A DNA stretch of 64,000 bases from Abditibacterium sp. (GTDB lineage: Bacteria; Armatimonadota; Abditibacteriia; Abditibacteriales; Abditibacteriaceae). Shown piece by piece: positions 49,034 through 58,544 of the stretch. The position numbers and the translations under genes are program-made. Each line of letters begins with the position of its first letter. Position 1 is the stretch's first letter. Location: NCBI GenBank assembly GCA_965246885.1, contig OZ251992.1:1472001-1536000 (forward strand), in the 5' to 3' direction. The notes under the pieces were generated by a model. It saw only the letters and a list, made by a program, of their open reading frames with translations. It did not search any database and was not told where the DNA came from.

Positions 49034-49197
49034 CGGTGACGCAGTGACAGACGCCTGTCACTGGGCGACAGATGTCTGGGAATCGTCGAGGGATGTCTGC
49101 CGTCGCGTCACGGACGTCCGCCACGCGATGCCAGACGTCTGCGAGGCAATGACAGACGTCTGTCACTGCGCGAGGGACATCCCTCGACGCGTCACCG
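49034..49197. repeat. Degenerate 21-bp array of quasi-palindromic units
   Basis: Units like TGACAGACGTCTGTCACTGCG; ends CGGTGACGC / GCGTCACCG are inverted. Confidence 0.75.
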
Positions 49198-49202
49198 CCG
49201 CC

Positions 49203-50291
49203 TCATTGCAGCGCGCCCGCGTAAAGGGGCGACTGGGCGGCTTGGCGGAAGGCGGCAAGGGCGGCGGGCGAGGAGTCAAAGCGGAAGTTCGATTCGCCTT
49301 GGGCGGTCTTGTCGCGGCAAAAGTAGGTGACTAAGCGCACGCGGCCAAAGCGGTTGGGAATATCGGACAACAACGCTTGAGCCAGCCAAGCGGCCTTGGT
49401 TTGGCCGAACGGGGCGCCTTCTTCGGTAACGCCCAACTCGGCGATCATGAGGGGCTTATCGGACAAACGGCCCAAGGCGTTGTAGGTCGGCTCGAACAAA
49501 TTCACAAAAGAGCGCCAAGGCTGGTGGGCGCCATCGTTGTAAAGCGAAACTCCGACCCAGTCCACCCACGCATCACCGGGAAACATCGAGTACAAGTCGC
49601 GCTCCTGCGTGCGCGCGTCGTTGAAATTGTTGGTGTAGAGGATGTTGGGCGACCAGACCCAGCGCGCGTTGGTGGCGCCTTCACGCCGGAAGATGCCGAC
49701 AACGTGCTTCCACATGGCGCAGAACATGGCGGGCGAGTTGTCGTTGTTGCGTTGCGCGACGCCTGCGTAGGCCGTTGCCCAAGGGTACCAATCGCCGTTC
49801 ATCTCGTGGGCAAAGCGAATCAGAACGGGCACGCCCGCCGCCCGGACTTGACGGGCATACGAGCGAATGAAAGCGTCGTGATTGCCCGCGACGATGTCTT
49901 CGCAACCCCAATTGCGCGCGTTTGTGTTGCCGCCCCAAGGCTCCCACGTCACCATGAGCGTTGAGCCAAGCGCGCGGGCGCGTCGGGCCTGCGCGATGGG
50001 AAACTGGTTCCAGCCCGCCCAACTTTGGAAGATCATCCAAACGGCAGGCGAGCGCCCGGTTTGAGCACGGAAACGCAAGACGGCGCTCGCATCGCCCGGA
50101 GCGCACCCGCCTTGGTCGAAGTAATAGGCGCCCAAAGCAATGGACAACGCATCCTTGCAAGGGCGACGGGGCAGGCGCCAACTGGCGGCGGAAATTCTGC
50201 CCCGCGATACGCGCACCTTTTGCGCGAGGGCGGGACGAAATAGGCCAAGTCCAAGGGTGCAAGAAACGACGATGCGGCGGCGACGGGACAT
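49203..50291 (-). CDS. Glycoside hydrolase family 26 protein
   Basis: VTWEPW, IRFAHEMNGDWYPW, WVWSPN, PGDAWVDWVG, KPLMIAELG; start uncertain. Confidence 0.88.
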   Translation of the reverse strand: MSRRRRIVVSCTLGLGLFRPALAQKVRVSRGRISAASWRLPRRPCKDALSIALGAYYFDQGGCAPGDASAVLRFRAQTGRSPAVWMIFQSWAGWNQFPIAQARRARALGSTLMVTWEPWGGNTNARNWGCEDIVAGNHDAFIRSYARQVRAAGVPVLIRFAHEMNGDWYPWATAYAGVAQRNNDNSPAMFCAMWKHVVGIFRREGATNARWVWSPNILYTNNFNDARTQERDLYSMFPGDAWVDWVGVSLYNDGAHQPWRSFVNLFEPTYNALGRLSDKPLMIAELGVTEEGAPFGQTKAAWLAQALLSDIPNRFGRVRLVTYFCRDKTAQGESNFRFDSSPAALAAFRQAAQSPLYAGALQ

Positions 50292-50435
50292 AAACAGGCG
50301 CTCTAAGCGTAGCCCAAAACCTGACTTCGGGTCAGGGGCAGACGCCGCACGTTCCTGAATGTTCTTTGCGATGTTGGAAAGCGAATGAGTTCGCAACCTC
50401 GTCGGCGAGGGCCGACGTTCTCGCTGGCCGCGAAT

Positions 50436-51224
50436 TCATTCGCTTTCGGCAGGCCCAAGCAGTGCCCGAATCGCTCCGGCCACATTCTCCGACCGCATGA
50501 GGCTTTCGCCCACAAGCAAGGCATCGGCGCCCGCTTCGCGCATCCGGCGCGCGTCCTGCCCGGAAAAGATGCCCGACTCGCTCACGACGGTGCACGACGC
50601 GGGGAAGAGAGGCCGTAGCCGTTCTGTCGTGGCCAAATCTACCGCGAAGGATTGCAAGTCGCGGTTGTTGATGCCAATGAAAGTGCAGCCGTTGAACAAG
50701 GCGCGTTTGGCATCGGTCTCGTCGTGCACTTCGCACAGGGCGTCCATTCCTAAGCGCGTGGCGGCGGCCTTGAGTTGGCGCAACTCCCAATCTTTGAGAA
50801 CGGACACGATGAGCAGGATGCAGTCGGCGCCCGCGACGCGGGCCTCGGTAATTTGGATCTCGTCCACCATGAAATCTTTGCGAAGCGCCGGTTTGCCGGA
50901 GATGGCGCGCGCGGCTTGGAGGTGGGCGAGGTCGCCTTGGAACCATTGCGGCTCGGTCAAGACGGACAAGCAGTCGGCGCCGCCGTCGCGGTAAAGCGCC
51001 GCTTGGTGCTCCGGGTCAAAATCGGGCGCGATGACGCCCTTCGAGGGCGAGGCTTTTTTGATTTCGGCGATAATTCCCAAGCGGTCGGGGTGCTTCAAGG
51101 CGGCAGCAAACGGGCGCGGCGGGGGCGCGTCGGCAAGGCACCGCTCAAGCGTGGCGATGTCGGTGGTGGCTTTCAACTGCTCCACGCGCACGCGGGTGGC
51201 GGCGACGATTTGGTCGAGGATCAT
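50436..51224 (-). CDS. trpC: Indole-3-glycerol phosphate synthase
   Basis: IIAEIKKASPSKG, LSVLTE, LRKDF, GINNRDL, SESGI, LVGESLM. Confidence 0.97.
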   Translation of the reverse strand: MILDQIVAATRVRVEQLKATTDIATLERCLADAPPPRPFAAALKHPDRLGIIAEIKKASPSKGVIAPDFDPEHQAALYRDGGADCLSVLTEPQWFQGDLAHLQAARAISGKPALRKDFMVDEIQITEARVAGADCILLIVSVLKDWELRQLKAAATRLGMDALCEVHDETDAKRALFNGCTFIGINNRDLQSFAVDLATTERLRPLFPASCTVVSESGIFSGQDARRMREAGADALLVGESLMRSENVAGAIRALLGPAESE

Positions 51225-51276
51225 AGGATGGCTTTAGTGTGCGCGGCGCCGTCAGGGAATGGGTAAAATATGGCCG

Positions 51277-52458
51277 ATGACAACCTCTTCAACCAAGCGT
51301 CCGGTGTGGGTATTGGCCGGACAATCGAACATGGAAGGCGTGGGCTTTTTGAGCGGCGCTTTGGAAAGCGACCCGCACGTGTTGAGCTTCTCAAGCGCCG
51401 GACAGTGGGAAGTCGCGCGCGAGCCGCTTCACATGCTGTCGCACAGCTACACGCCCATCAACCATAAGCTGGGCCGCGAGCACATGACGCCGGAAGAGTT
51501 GCAAGCGTCGGTCGAGGAGTGGCGCACCAACGACGTCAAGGGCCGCGTGATGGGCGCGGGCTTGGGCCTTGCGTTTGGGCGGGCAATGGCGCGAGCAACG
51601 GGCGAAACGGTGGGGCTTATCCCCGCCGCGCACGGAGGAACCTCGTTGGAGCAGTGGAGCGCCGACAAGAAGGACGAGGGGATTCACTCGCTGTATGGGG
51701 CGATGCTTGACCGCATCGAGCGGGCGGGCGGGGATGTCCGGGGCGTGTTGTGGTATCAGGGCGAATCCGACTGCTCGCCGGAGTTGGCGCCGACCTACGG
51801 CGCGCGCTTGGAAGCGTGGATAGCGGCGCTCCGCAAGGAGCTGGGGCGCCCCGACATGCCGTTTTATGTGGTGCAGTTGGGGCGCTTGATCGTGCCGACG
51901 GACAATTATGGCCCGACCGAGGAGGAGCTACCCCACATCCAAAGCTGGAACGAGGTGCGCACCGCACTCGCCGACTTACCCAAACGGGTGGCACACTGCG
52001 CCGCGACAACGGCCATTGACTTGGAACTGTCGGACGTTATCCACATAGACGCGACGGGTCTGATTCGCTTGGGCGAGCGGTTGGCGCGCCTCGCGCTAAA
52101 AACGCACCCCTCGCCAGAGGTGCAATCCGTCCGCTTTGCGCCTGTTGCGGGCAACGATGCGGTGGACTCTTACCTATTGGAGTGTTCGGGCGCGTCCGAT
52201 GGCTGGGCAGTTCGCCACAACATGGCGGGCTTTTCGCTCCATACACGCGACGGGATGCCCCATAAGTCGCTCGCCGTCGTGGATGTATCGGAAGTGCCCG
52301 GCTCGCCATCAACGCTGCGGGTGCTTTTATCGGGCCGCGCGGACGAGGAGTGTCTGCTCGCTTACGGTTGGGGCCACGCGCCAATTTGTAACGCCGTTAC
52401 GAAATCCGATATGCCGCTTTTGGCGTTTGCGCCGCGCGCGCTGAAGCGGGAAGCCTAA
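51277..52458 (+). CDS. Sialate O-acetylesterase (SASA/SGNH) family protein
   Basis: LAGQSNM, GGTSL, WYQGESD, DVIH. Confidence 0.9.
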   Translation: MTTSSTKRPVWVLAGQSNMEGVGFLSGALESDPHVLSFSSAGQWEVAREPLHMLSHSYTPINHKLGREHMTPEELQASVEEWRTNDVKGRVMGAGLGLAFGRAMARATGETVGLIPAAHGGTSLEQWSADKKDEGIHSLYGAMLDRIERAGGDVRGVLWYQGESDCSPELAPTYGARLEAWIAALRKELGRPDMPFYVVQLGRLIVPTDNYGPTEEELPHIQSWNEVRTALADLPKRVAHCAATTAIDLELSDVIHIDATGLIRLGERLARLALKTHPSPEVQSVRFAPVAGNDAVDSYLLECSGASDGWAVRHNMAGFSLHTRDGMPHKSLAVVDVSEVPGSPSTLRVLLSGRADEECLLAYGWGHAPICNAVTKSDMPLLAFAPRALKREA

Positions 52459-52474
52459 GCCCTCACACCGCCCG

Positions 52475-53416
52475 TCAGGGCCTTCGGAAGGCCCTGACGG
52501 GCGCTTCGCGCGCCGGTTCCTTGCGCAAAGGGGCGTGACCTTCTGGCGGCCACTCGACTACCAGCAGTTCGCCCTCCGGTGCCCCCGGCACCTCGCCCGC
52601 ATAGCGCGGCGCGCGCAAGCGCAAACACAGGCTGTCGCCGATTTCAATGGTGTCGCCCGCCGCCATCACTTTGCCTTGGCGCTGCAAAAACGAGGCGATG
52701 GAGTTGAACGTTTTAAGCGTCGCGTCTTTGCGGTGCGCGGGTGCCAAAGCCGCCAAGTTGGGCGCCCCCCACGCTTCCAAGCCGCGCGTCACGAGCCACA
52801 TCTCGCCCGTCGCGGGCGCGAACTGCCACGACACCCCCGCGAAGAACGACAGTGGCGGTAGCCCCTTCCAAAACTCCTCGCGCGGCGCCGAGTTGGTCGG
52901 GCGCCACGACGCGGGTAGCACCGCCGTGTGCGCCCGTTGATTGAGGAGCGCCAACGGCTTCCCCGACCCGCCAATGGCCGCGCCCATCATCGCCAGCCGC
53001 GTATAATTGGCAGACACGTGGTCGCGTTTGGCTTCGGCGTAGAGCAGCACGTGGGCGCAATGCGCGTGTATTTGCCCCCGCGCCCTCTCGTCGCACCGCA
53101 CCGACGCGAGGCACTCGCTCACCGTCCCCCGGCCAAGGGGCGACGCGGCGCCAATCAGCCCGAACCGTTGCCCTTGCCAGTGGATTTCCGCCATCGTGTG
53201 CCCCGCCTGCGACTGCTCGAACACCGACACCATCGCTTTGAGGAGCGACGGGTCGTAGTTGGCGAGTGGACGCCACAGCGCGCCTTCGTCCTTGATATGC
53301 CACGCCTCCAACAGCAGTTGTAGGCATACCAACGTATTGCGCTCCGCTTCCTCCTTCGCAGCCCGCTTGTGCCCCAATGTTTCCACGCGGTCGAGGAACT
53401 GAGTGATCAAGCTCAT
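52475..53416 (-). CDS. DUF4261-like protein (paralog 2)
   Basis: TRGLEAWGAPNL, GDTIEIG; similar to the adjacent gene. Confidence 0.65.
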   Translation of the reverse strand: MSLITQFLDRVETLGHKRAAKEEAERNTLVCLQLLLEAWHIKDEGALWRPLANYDPSLLKAMVSVFEQSQAGHTMAEIHWQGQRFGLIGAASPLGRGTVSECLASVRCDERARGQIHAHCAHVLLYAEAKRDHVSANYTRLAMMGAAIGGSGKPLALLNQRAHTAVLPASWRPTNSAPREEFWKGLPPLSFFAGVSWQFAPATGEMWLVTRGLEAWGAPNLAALAPAHRKDATLKTFNSIASFLQRQGKVMAAGDTIEIGDSLCLRLRAPRYAGEVPGAPEGELLVVEWPPEGHAPLRKEPAREAPVRAFRRP

Positions 53417-53536
53417 AAGAGGAAGCATACCGCGTTTTGAATAAGATTTTGTTAAGAACAAGCCCAGTGTTGCAAAATTTACACCCCGCTAATCGGGGCG
53501 AAATGGCTTCCCTGCCTTGCGCGTGGCAGCCACCGC

Positions 53537-54487
53537 TCAGTTGGACAGTCCCTTGGAAGGGAACACTGCTTTGTTGGCTTGGGCGGCGGAAATGAACTGC
53601 GCCACCAGCAGCTTTCCCTCGCCTTGAATGGCCAGTTCGTCTGCCGATTCGGGCGCGCGGAGCTTCATGTGATTGTCTACGCCGACCTGCATGGTGTGCC
53701 CCGGTTGCAGCACCGGCCCGTTGGCAATGAGATAAGTGGCGACGTTGCCGAATATCTCCAGCATCTGCGAGCCGTGCGAATGGTCGGGCGCCAGCGTCGT
53801 CAGGTTGGGCAAACCCCACGCTTCCAAGCCGCGCGTCGTCATCCAGACTTTGGGCGAATCGGGCACCACGTATTTGACGAAGCCCGCATACAGCAAGAGC
53901 ACCGGCAGGGTGTTCCACTGCTCAAAGCGTCCCGTCCGGGTGTCGAGCCACACCTTGGCGGGCATGGCGGTTTGCGCCGTCTCGTTCAAAACCCCGATGC
54001 CATGCGAGTGCTCCAACAGCCCGCCGCAAAGCATCGCCAAGCGCACGTAATTCTGGAGCACCGCCGCGCGCGGCGAGTCGCACAGCAGCAGGACGTGTGC
54101 CTCATGTGCCCGCGCCTGCCTTTTGAACTCTTGATCCCACGCGCACGGTTGCACGCACGCTTCGACGGCATCGGCAGGCATTTGGTGGTTGAACGCCACA
54201 AGTCGGAAGCGTTGTCCCTGCCATTGGATGTCGCAGAGCGTGGTGCCATCGTCGGCGCACACCCATGTGTCGAGCGACAGCGACGATAGCGAGGCATCGT
54301 AGCCCCGCAACGCCGCGAGAAGCGCCGCTTCGTCACGGAGCGTCCACGCTTCGAGCAGCAGTTGAAGGCTGAGCGAGACGGTCTCCTTCGGCGCGTCTTC
54401 CTCGTTGGGACGCGGCGCAGCGGGTGACGACGGAGAAGGCGGCGATGGCGCCGCTTTACGCCCGAACAGATTGGAAAACAACCCCAT
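53537..54487 (-). CDS. DUF4261-like protein (paralog 1)
   Basis: MGLFSNLFGRK start; HEAHVLL, WMTTRGLEAWGLPNL, YLIANG..PGHTMQ. Confidence 0.7.
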   Translation of the reverse strand: MGLFSNLFGRKAAPSPPSPSSPAAPRPNEEDAPKETVSLSLQLLLEAWTLRDEAALLAALRGYDASLSSLSLDTWVCADDGTTLCDIQWQGQRFRLVAFNHQMPADAVEACVQPCAWDQEFKRQARAHEAHVLLLCDSPRAAVLQNYVRLAMLCGGLLEHSHGIGVLNETAQTAMPAKVWLDTRTGRFEQWNTLPVLLLYAGFVKYVVPDSPKVWMTTRGLEAWGLPNLTTLAPDHSHGSQMLEIFGNVATYLIANGPVLQPGHTMQVGVDNHMKLRAPESADELAIQGEGKLLVAQFISAAQANKAVFPSKGLSN

Positions 54488-54545
54488 AGCAAGCGGCAGT
54501 ATGCCCAACGCCCGCGCCTCGTCGCCTTGCGAATGGCCTCGCCCC

Positions 54546-55580
54546 TTAGCGCATGAACTGCCCGGTGAAGTCGCGCAGGTCGCGCAGCTTTTCGCGCGCG
54601 GCGCCTGACCGGATGGCGGCGCGCGCCAGTTCGAGGGACTCTTTCCAATTGGGTGCAATGTCAGCGACTTGGAGAACGGCGGCGGCGTTGAGGCACACGA
54701 TGTCGGACGCGGGGCCATCGTGCCCGTTGAGGATTTGCTCGATGATAACGGCGTTTTCGGAGGCGTCACCGCCCGCTAAGCGCGCGGCGTCGAGGCAGTG
54801 AATGTCGCTGGCGTGCGGGTGGAAGGTGTGGGCTGTGAGTTCGCCGCCGCGCAGTTCGAGGTAGTCGGTGGGCGCGCAGGTCGAAAACTCGTCCAACCCG
54901 TCGTGCGAGTGAACGACGAAGGCGCGCTCGCAGCCCAACTCCCGGAGGGTTTCGGCGATGGGCCGCAGCCACTTCTTTGCCGGAACGCCCATGACTTGCC
55001 GGTGCGCGCCTGCGGGGTTGGCGAGCGGGCCGAGCAGGTTGAAAACGGTGCGGATGCCAAGCTCGCGGCGGATGGCGGCGACCGATTTCATGGCCGGATG
55101 ATGCGCGGGCGCAAACATGAACCCGATGCCAATTTCGTCTATCGAGCGCGCGATAGCTTCGGGCGAAAGGTCGAGGTGAACGCCGAGCGCTTCCAGCACG
55201 TCGGCTGACCCCGACCGCGAGGAGACGGCGCGGTTGCCGTGCTTGGCGATGCGCGCGCCCGCAGCAGCCGCCACAAATGCCGCCGCCGTCGAGATGTTGA
55301 ACGTGCCCACCCCGGCTCTACCCGCGTCGCCGCCCGTGCCGCAAGTGTCCACCAAGGGCGCTGAGGCCGCTTCGACCCGAATCGCCCGCACGCGCAAGCC
55401 GCGCGCGAAGCCCACCAACTCGCTCGTCGTTTCGCCCCGCGCGCGGAGCGCGCCCAGTAGCGCCGCCACTTGCAGCGGCGACGGCGAACCGTCCACGATA
55501 TCGGACAGCACGAGTTCGGCTTCGGCGGAGGAGAGGTGGGCGCCGTCAGTCACTGCGCCCAGAGCAAGAGAGACGGTCAT
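54546..55580 (-). CDS. trpD: Anthranilate phosphoribosyltransferase
   Basis: DTCGTGGD, TFNIST, KHGNRAVSSRSGSADVLEALG, RTVFNLLGPLANP, GLDE. Confidence 0.97.
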   Translation of the reverse strand: MTVSLALGAVTDGAHLSSAEAELVLSDIVDGSPSPLQVAALLGALRARGETTSELVGFARGLRVRAIRVEAASAPLVDTCGTGGDAGRAGVGTFNISTAAAFVAAAAGARIAKHGNRAVSSRSGSADVLEALGVHLDLSPEAIARSIDEIGIGFMFAPAHHPAMKSVAAIRRELGIRTVFNLLGPLANPAGAHRQVMGVPAKKWLRPIAETLRELGCERAFVVHSHDGLDEFSTCAPTDYLELRGGELTAHTFHPHASDIHCLDAARLAGGDASENAVIIEQILNGHDGPASDIVCLNAAAVLQVADIAPNWKESLELARAAIRSGAAREKLRDLRDFTGQFMR

Positions 55581-55586
55581 AATGCC

Positions 55587-56159
<573 letters not shown>

Positions 56160-56204
56160 GCCGGAAAGTTTAGCGGAGGCGCCGACACGGTTCGGAACGC
56201 CGAG

Positions 56205-57593
56205 CTACCGCGCGAACCACAGCCCGACAAGCGCCGCGATGCCGCAGGCGACGGGGAACCAGTCGCCCCATCGGGCATAAAGCGTGGGTCGCCCATCCCC
56301 GACGCGCACATCGGCGACGAGGAGTTTGGGGCCGTCTTGGAAGTGGTCGCTGGACTTTTGGACGCGACCCTCGAACGAGGTGAGGGCGGAGATGCCGTCC
56401 GACGCGGCGCGGGCGAGGGCGAAGCGGAACTCCAAAGCGCGCCACAGGTGATTGGCGAAGTGGATGTCTTTGACACGCGCCCAGTCGTTGGTCGGCACGA
56501 CCAGCAGTTGCGCGCCCGCGCGGGCGTAACGGCGCGCGATGTCGGGGAAGTTGTCGTCTTGGCAGATGAGGCCGCCAACGCGCACGCCGTCCACGTCCAT
56601 CAAGGCGACTTCGCCGCGCCCCCGTTTGTAGCGTTCCACGAGCGGCACGAGATGCGTTTTGACGTAGCGCCCCGCGACTTCGCCGTCAGCCGAAATGAAG
56701 TCAATGCAGTTCTCGTTGCGAGCCGCGTCGAAATATCCAACCGCGAGGGCAAGGCGATATTTGAGCGCGAGCGTTTGAATCACCACGCGAAAATGGGCGC
56801 GGTTGGCGACGTGGATGGCGGCTTCGGGCGTAACAAGCAACCGCGCGCCCGCCTCACTCGCTTCGCGTGCGGCGTCTTGAAAGGCAGATGGAATTTCGGT
56901 GAGACCATCAAAGCCAGTCCCCGCCCAGCCGAAGGTGGCGACGCGGAGGGATTGCCCTTGTTGCAGATGGACTTCCGATAGCTTTAGAACGAGCAAAGCG
57001 TAAGCGATAATAAGGGCGTAGATAAGCAGGTTCGCCCACAAAGGCATCTGAGCTTCACGAGCCGAGGCGACGAAGACGGCCACTGCGAGAATGCTCCATG
57101 TTCCGCCCGCCGCGCCCGCGCATGCGACAAGGGGGCTGTTAAATGGGATGGAACACGCGAAGTTCTGCGCTGTGCCCCACAAGGGGAGGAGCGACCATTC
57201 GAGCCAGAATAATACCGTTCCCCAACAGGCGATGCAAAGGATGTTGGCGGGCGGGGGCAGAGCGGTGAGTTTCGCGGCGCCCGCCATGAACAAAGTCCAC
57301 ACCAGCGTTTGAGAACACGCCAGCACTGCCGATACTGGAGCGGGTAAGCGCAACGAAAGCAGCATCTTTAGCGCGTAACCCGCGCCAAACTCCGCGCCCG
57401 CCGCCGCCGCGAACCAAAACATATTGTGTTCTGCTCCGCCTAATGCAATAATGTATGCCGACAGGCCCAGCAATGGTAGCAAGTTCCACGCATCTGCTGC
57501 GGGCACAGCCCGAAGGCGCGCCCAGCCCAACAGCGCGCCCAGTCCTACCATGAAGGCGACACTAACGACGTCGGCAATGAGGGAGCCTTGCAT
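56205..57593 (-). CDS. Membrane nitrilase-fold protein, apolipoprotein N-acyltransferase-like
   Basis: TM N-half; catalytic E-K-C in TPEAA, YVKTHLVP, LICQDD; TLYARWGDWF. Confidence 0.8.
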   Translation of the reverse strand: MQGSLIADVVSVAFMVGLGALLGWARLRAVPAADAWNLLPLLGLSAYIIALGGAEHNMFWFAAAAGAEFGAGYALKMLLSLRLPAPVSAVLACSQTLVWTLFMAGAAKLTALPPPANILCIACWGTVLFWLEWSLLPLWGTAQNFACSIPFNSPLVACAGAAGGTWSILAVAVFVASAREAQMPLWANLLIYALIIAYALLVLKLSEVHLQQGQSLRVATFGWAGTGFDGLTEIPSAFQDAAREASEAGARLLVTPEAAIHVANRAHFRVVIQTLALKYRLALAVGYFDAARNENCIDFISADGEVAGRYVKTHLVPLVERYKRGRGEVALMDVDGVRVGGLICQDDNFPDIARRYARAGAQLLVVPTNDWARVKDIHFANHLWRALEFRFALARAASDGISALTSFEGRVQKSSDHFQDGPKLLVADVRVGDGRPTLYARWGDWFPVACGIAALVGLWFAR

Positions 57594-58535
57594 TTAAGAT
57601 CGTATCCTTGGATCAACAACGCGGTAAAGCACGTCCACGACGAGGTTGGCGCTCACGACCATGAGGGCGGAAAAGAGGACGGTGCCCATGATCATCGGCA
57701 CGTCTTGGTTGATGACGGAATCTATGGCGAGGCTTCCGATTCCCGGCCAGCCGAAGATTTTCTCGGTGAAGATGAGGCCCGACAGGAGCGAGGCGAACTC
57801 GCCGCCTAAGACGGCGATGGCGGGGATGAGCGCGTTTTTGAGGGCGTGCTTGGCCAGCACCCTCGACTCGCTCACGCCGCGCGCGCGGGCGGCGCGGATG
57901 TATTCTTGCTTGAGGACGCCACGCAAGTTGGCGTGCAAGAGGCGCGAGTAATAGGCCGCGCCGCCGATGCCAAGCGTCAGGGCGGGCAGGGGCAAGTTCC
58001 ACAAACTCGCACCTCCGCCAACGGAAAAGAGGCCGAGTTGGAAGCCAAGATACTGCTGCAACAGTCGCCCCAGCCAAAAGGTCGGGATGGAAATGGCAAG
58101 GAGCGACAGCACCAAAAACGCGCGGTCGAGAAACGAGCCGCCGCGACTGGCAGTGAGGAGCGAGAGCGGGATGGCGACGCCCAAATAGACCGCGAGGGCG
58201 GTGACTGCAAGCAGAATCGTGGCGGGAAAGCGGCGGGCGATGGCCGAAAACACGCGGTCGCCGTTGCGGTAGGACTTGAGGTTGTTGGTGAGGGCGTCAC
58301 GCACGAAGGTGCCGTATTGAACGGGGAGCGGGCGCTGGAGGCCCAGTTCGCGCTTGATGTTGGCGATGGTGTCCTTATCGGCGTGCGCACCCGCCAAACT
58401 TTGCGCGATGGCATCGGTGGGGTCTTTGTCTTTGCCGCCCAGTCGCGGCGCCACGAAGATAAGGGCGAACACCACGACACTCACGCCCCACAACGTCAGG
58501 AGAGACCCCAGCGCCTTGCGCCCAAAGGAAAGCAT
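57594..58535 (-). CDS. Peptide/nickel ABC transporter permease (DppB/OppB family)
   Basis: RFPATILLA, SIPTFWLG, YIRAARARG EAA loop, HALKNA, EKIFGWPGIG, VDPRIR. Confidence 0.93.
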   Translation of the reverse strand: MLSFGRKALGSLLTLWGVSVVVFALIFVAPRLGGKDKDPTDAIAQSLAGAHADKDTIANIKRELGLQRPLPVQYGTFVRDALTNNLKSYRNGDRVFSAIARRFPATILLAVTALAVYLGVAIPLSLLTASRGGSFLDRAFLVLSLLAISIPTFWLGRLLQQYLGFQLGLFSVGGGASLWNLPLPALTLGIGGAAYYSRLLHANLRGVLKQEYIRAARARGVSESRVLAKHALKNALIPAIAVLGGEFASLLSGLIFTEKIFGWPGIGSLAIDSVINQDVPMIMGTVLFSALMVVSANLVVDVLYRVVDPRIRS

Positions 58536-58544
58536 GCTTTGAAT

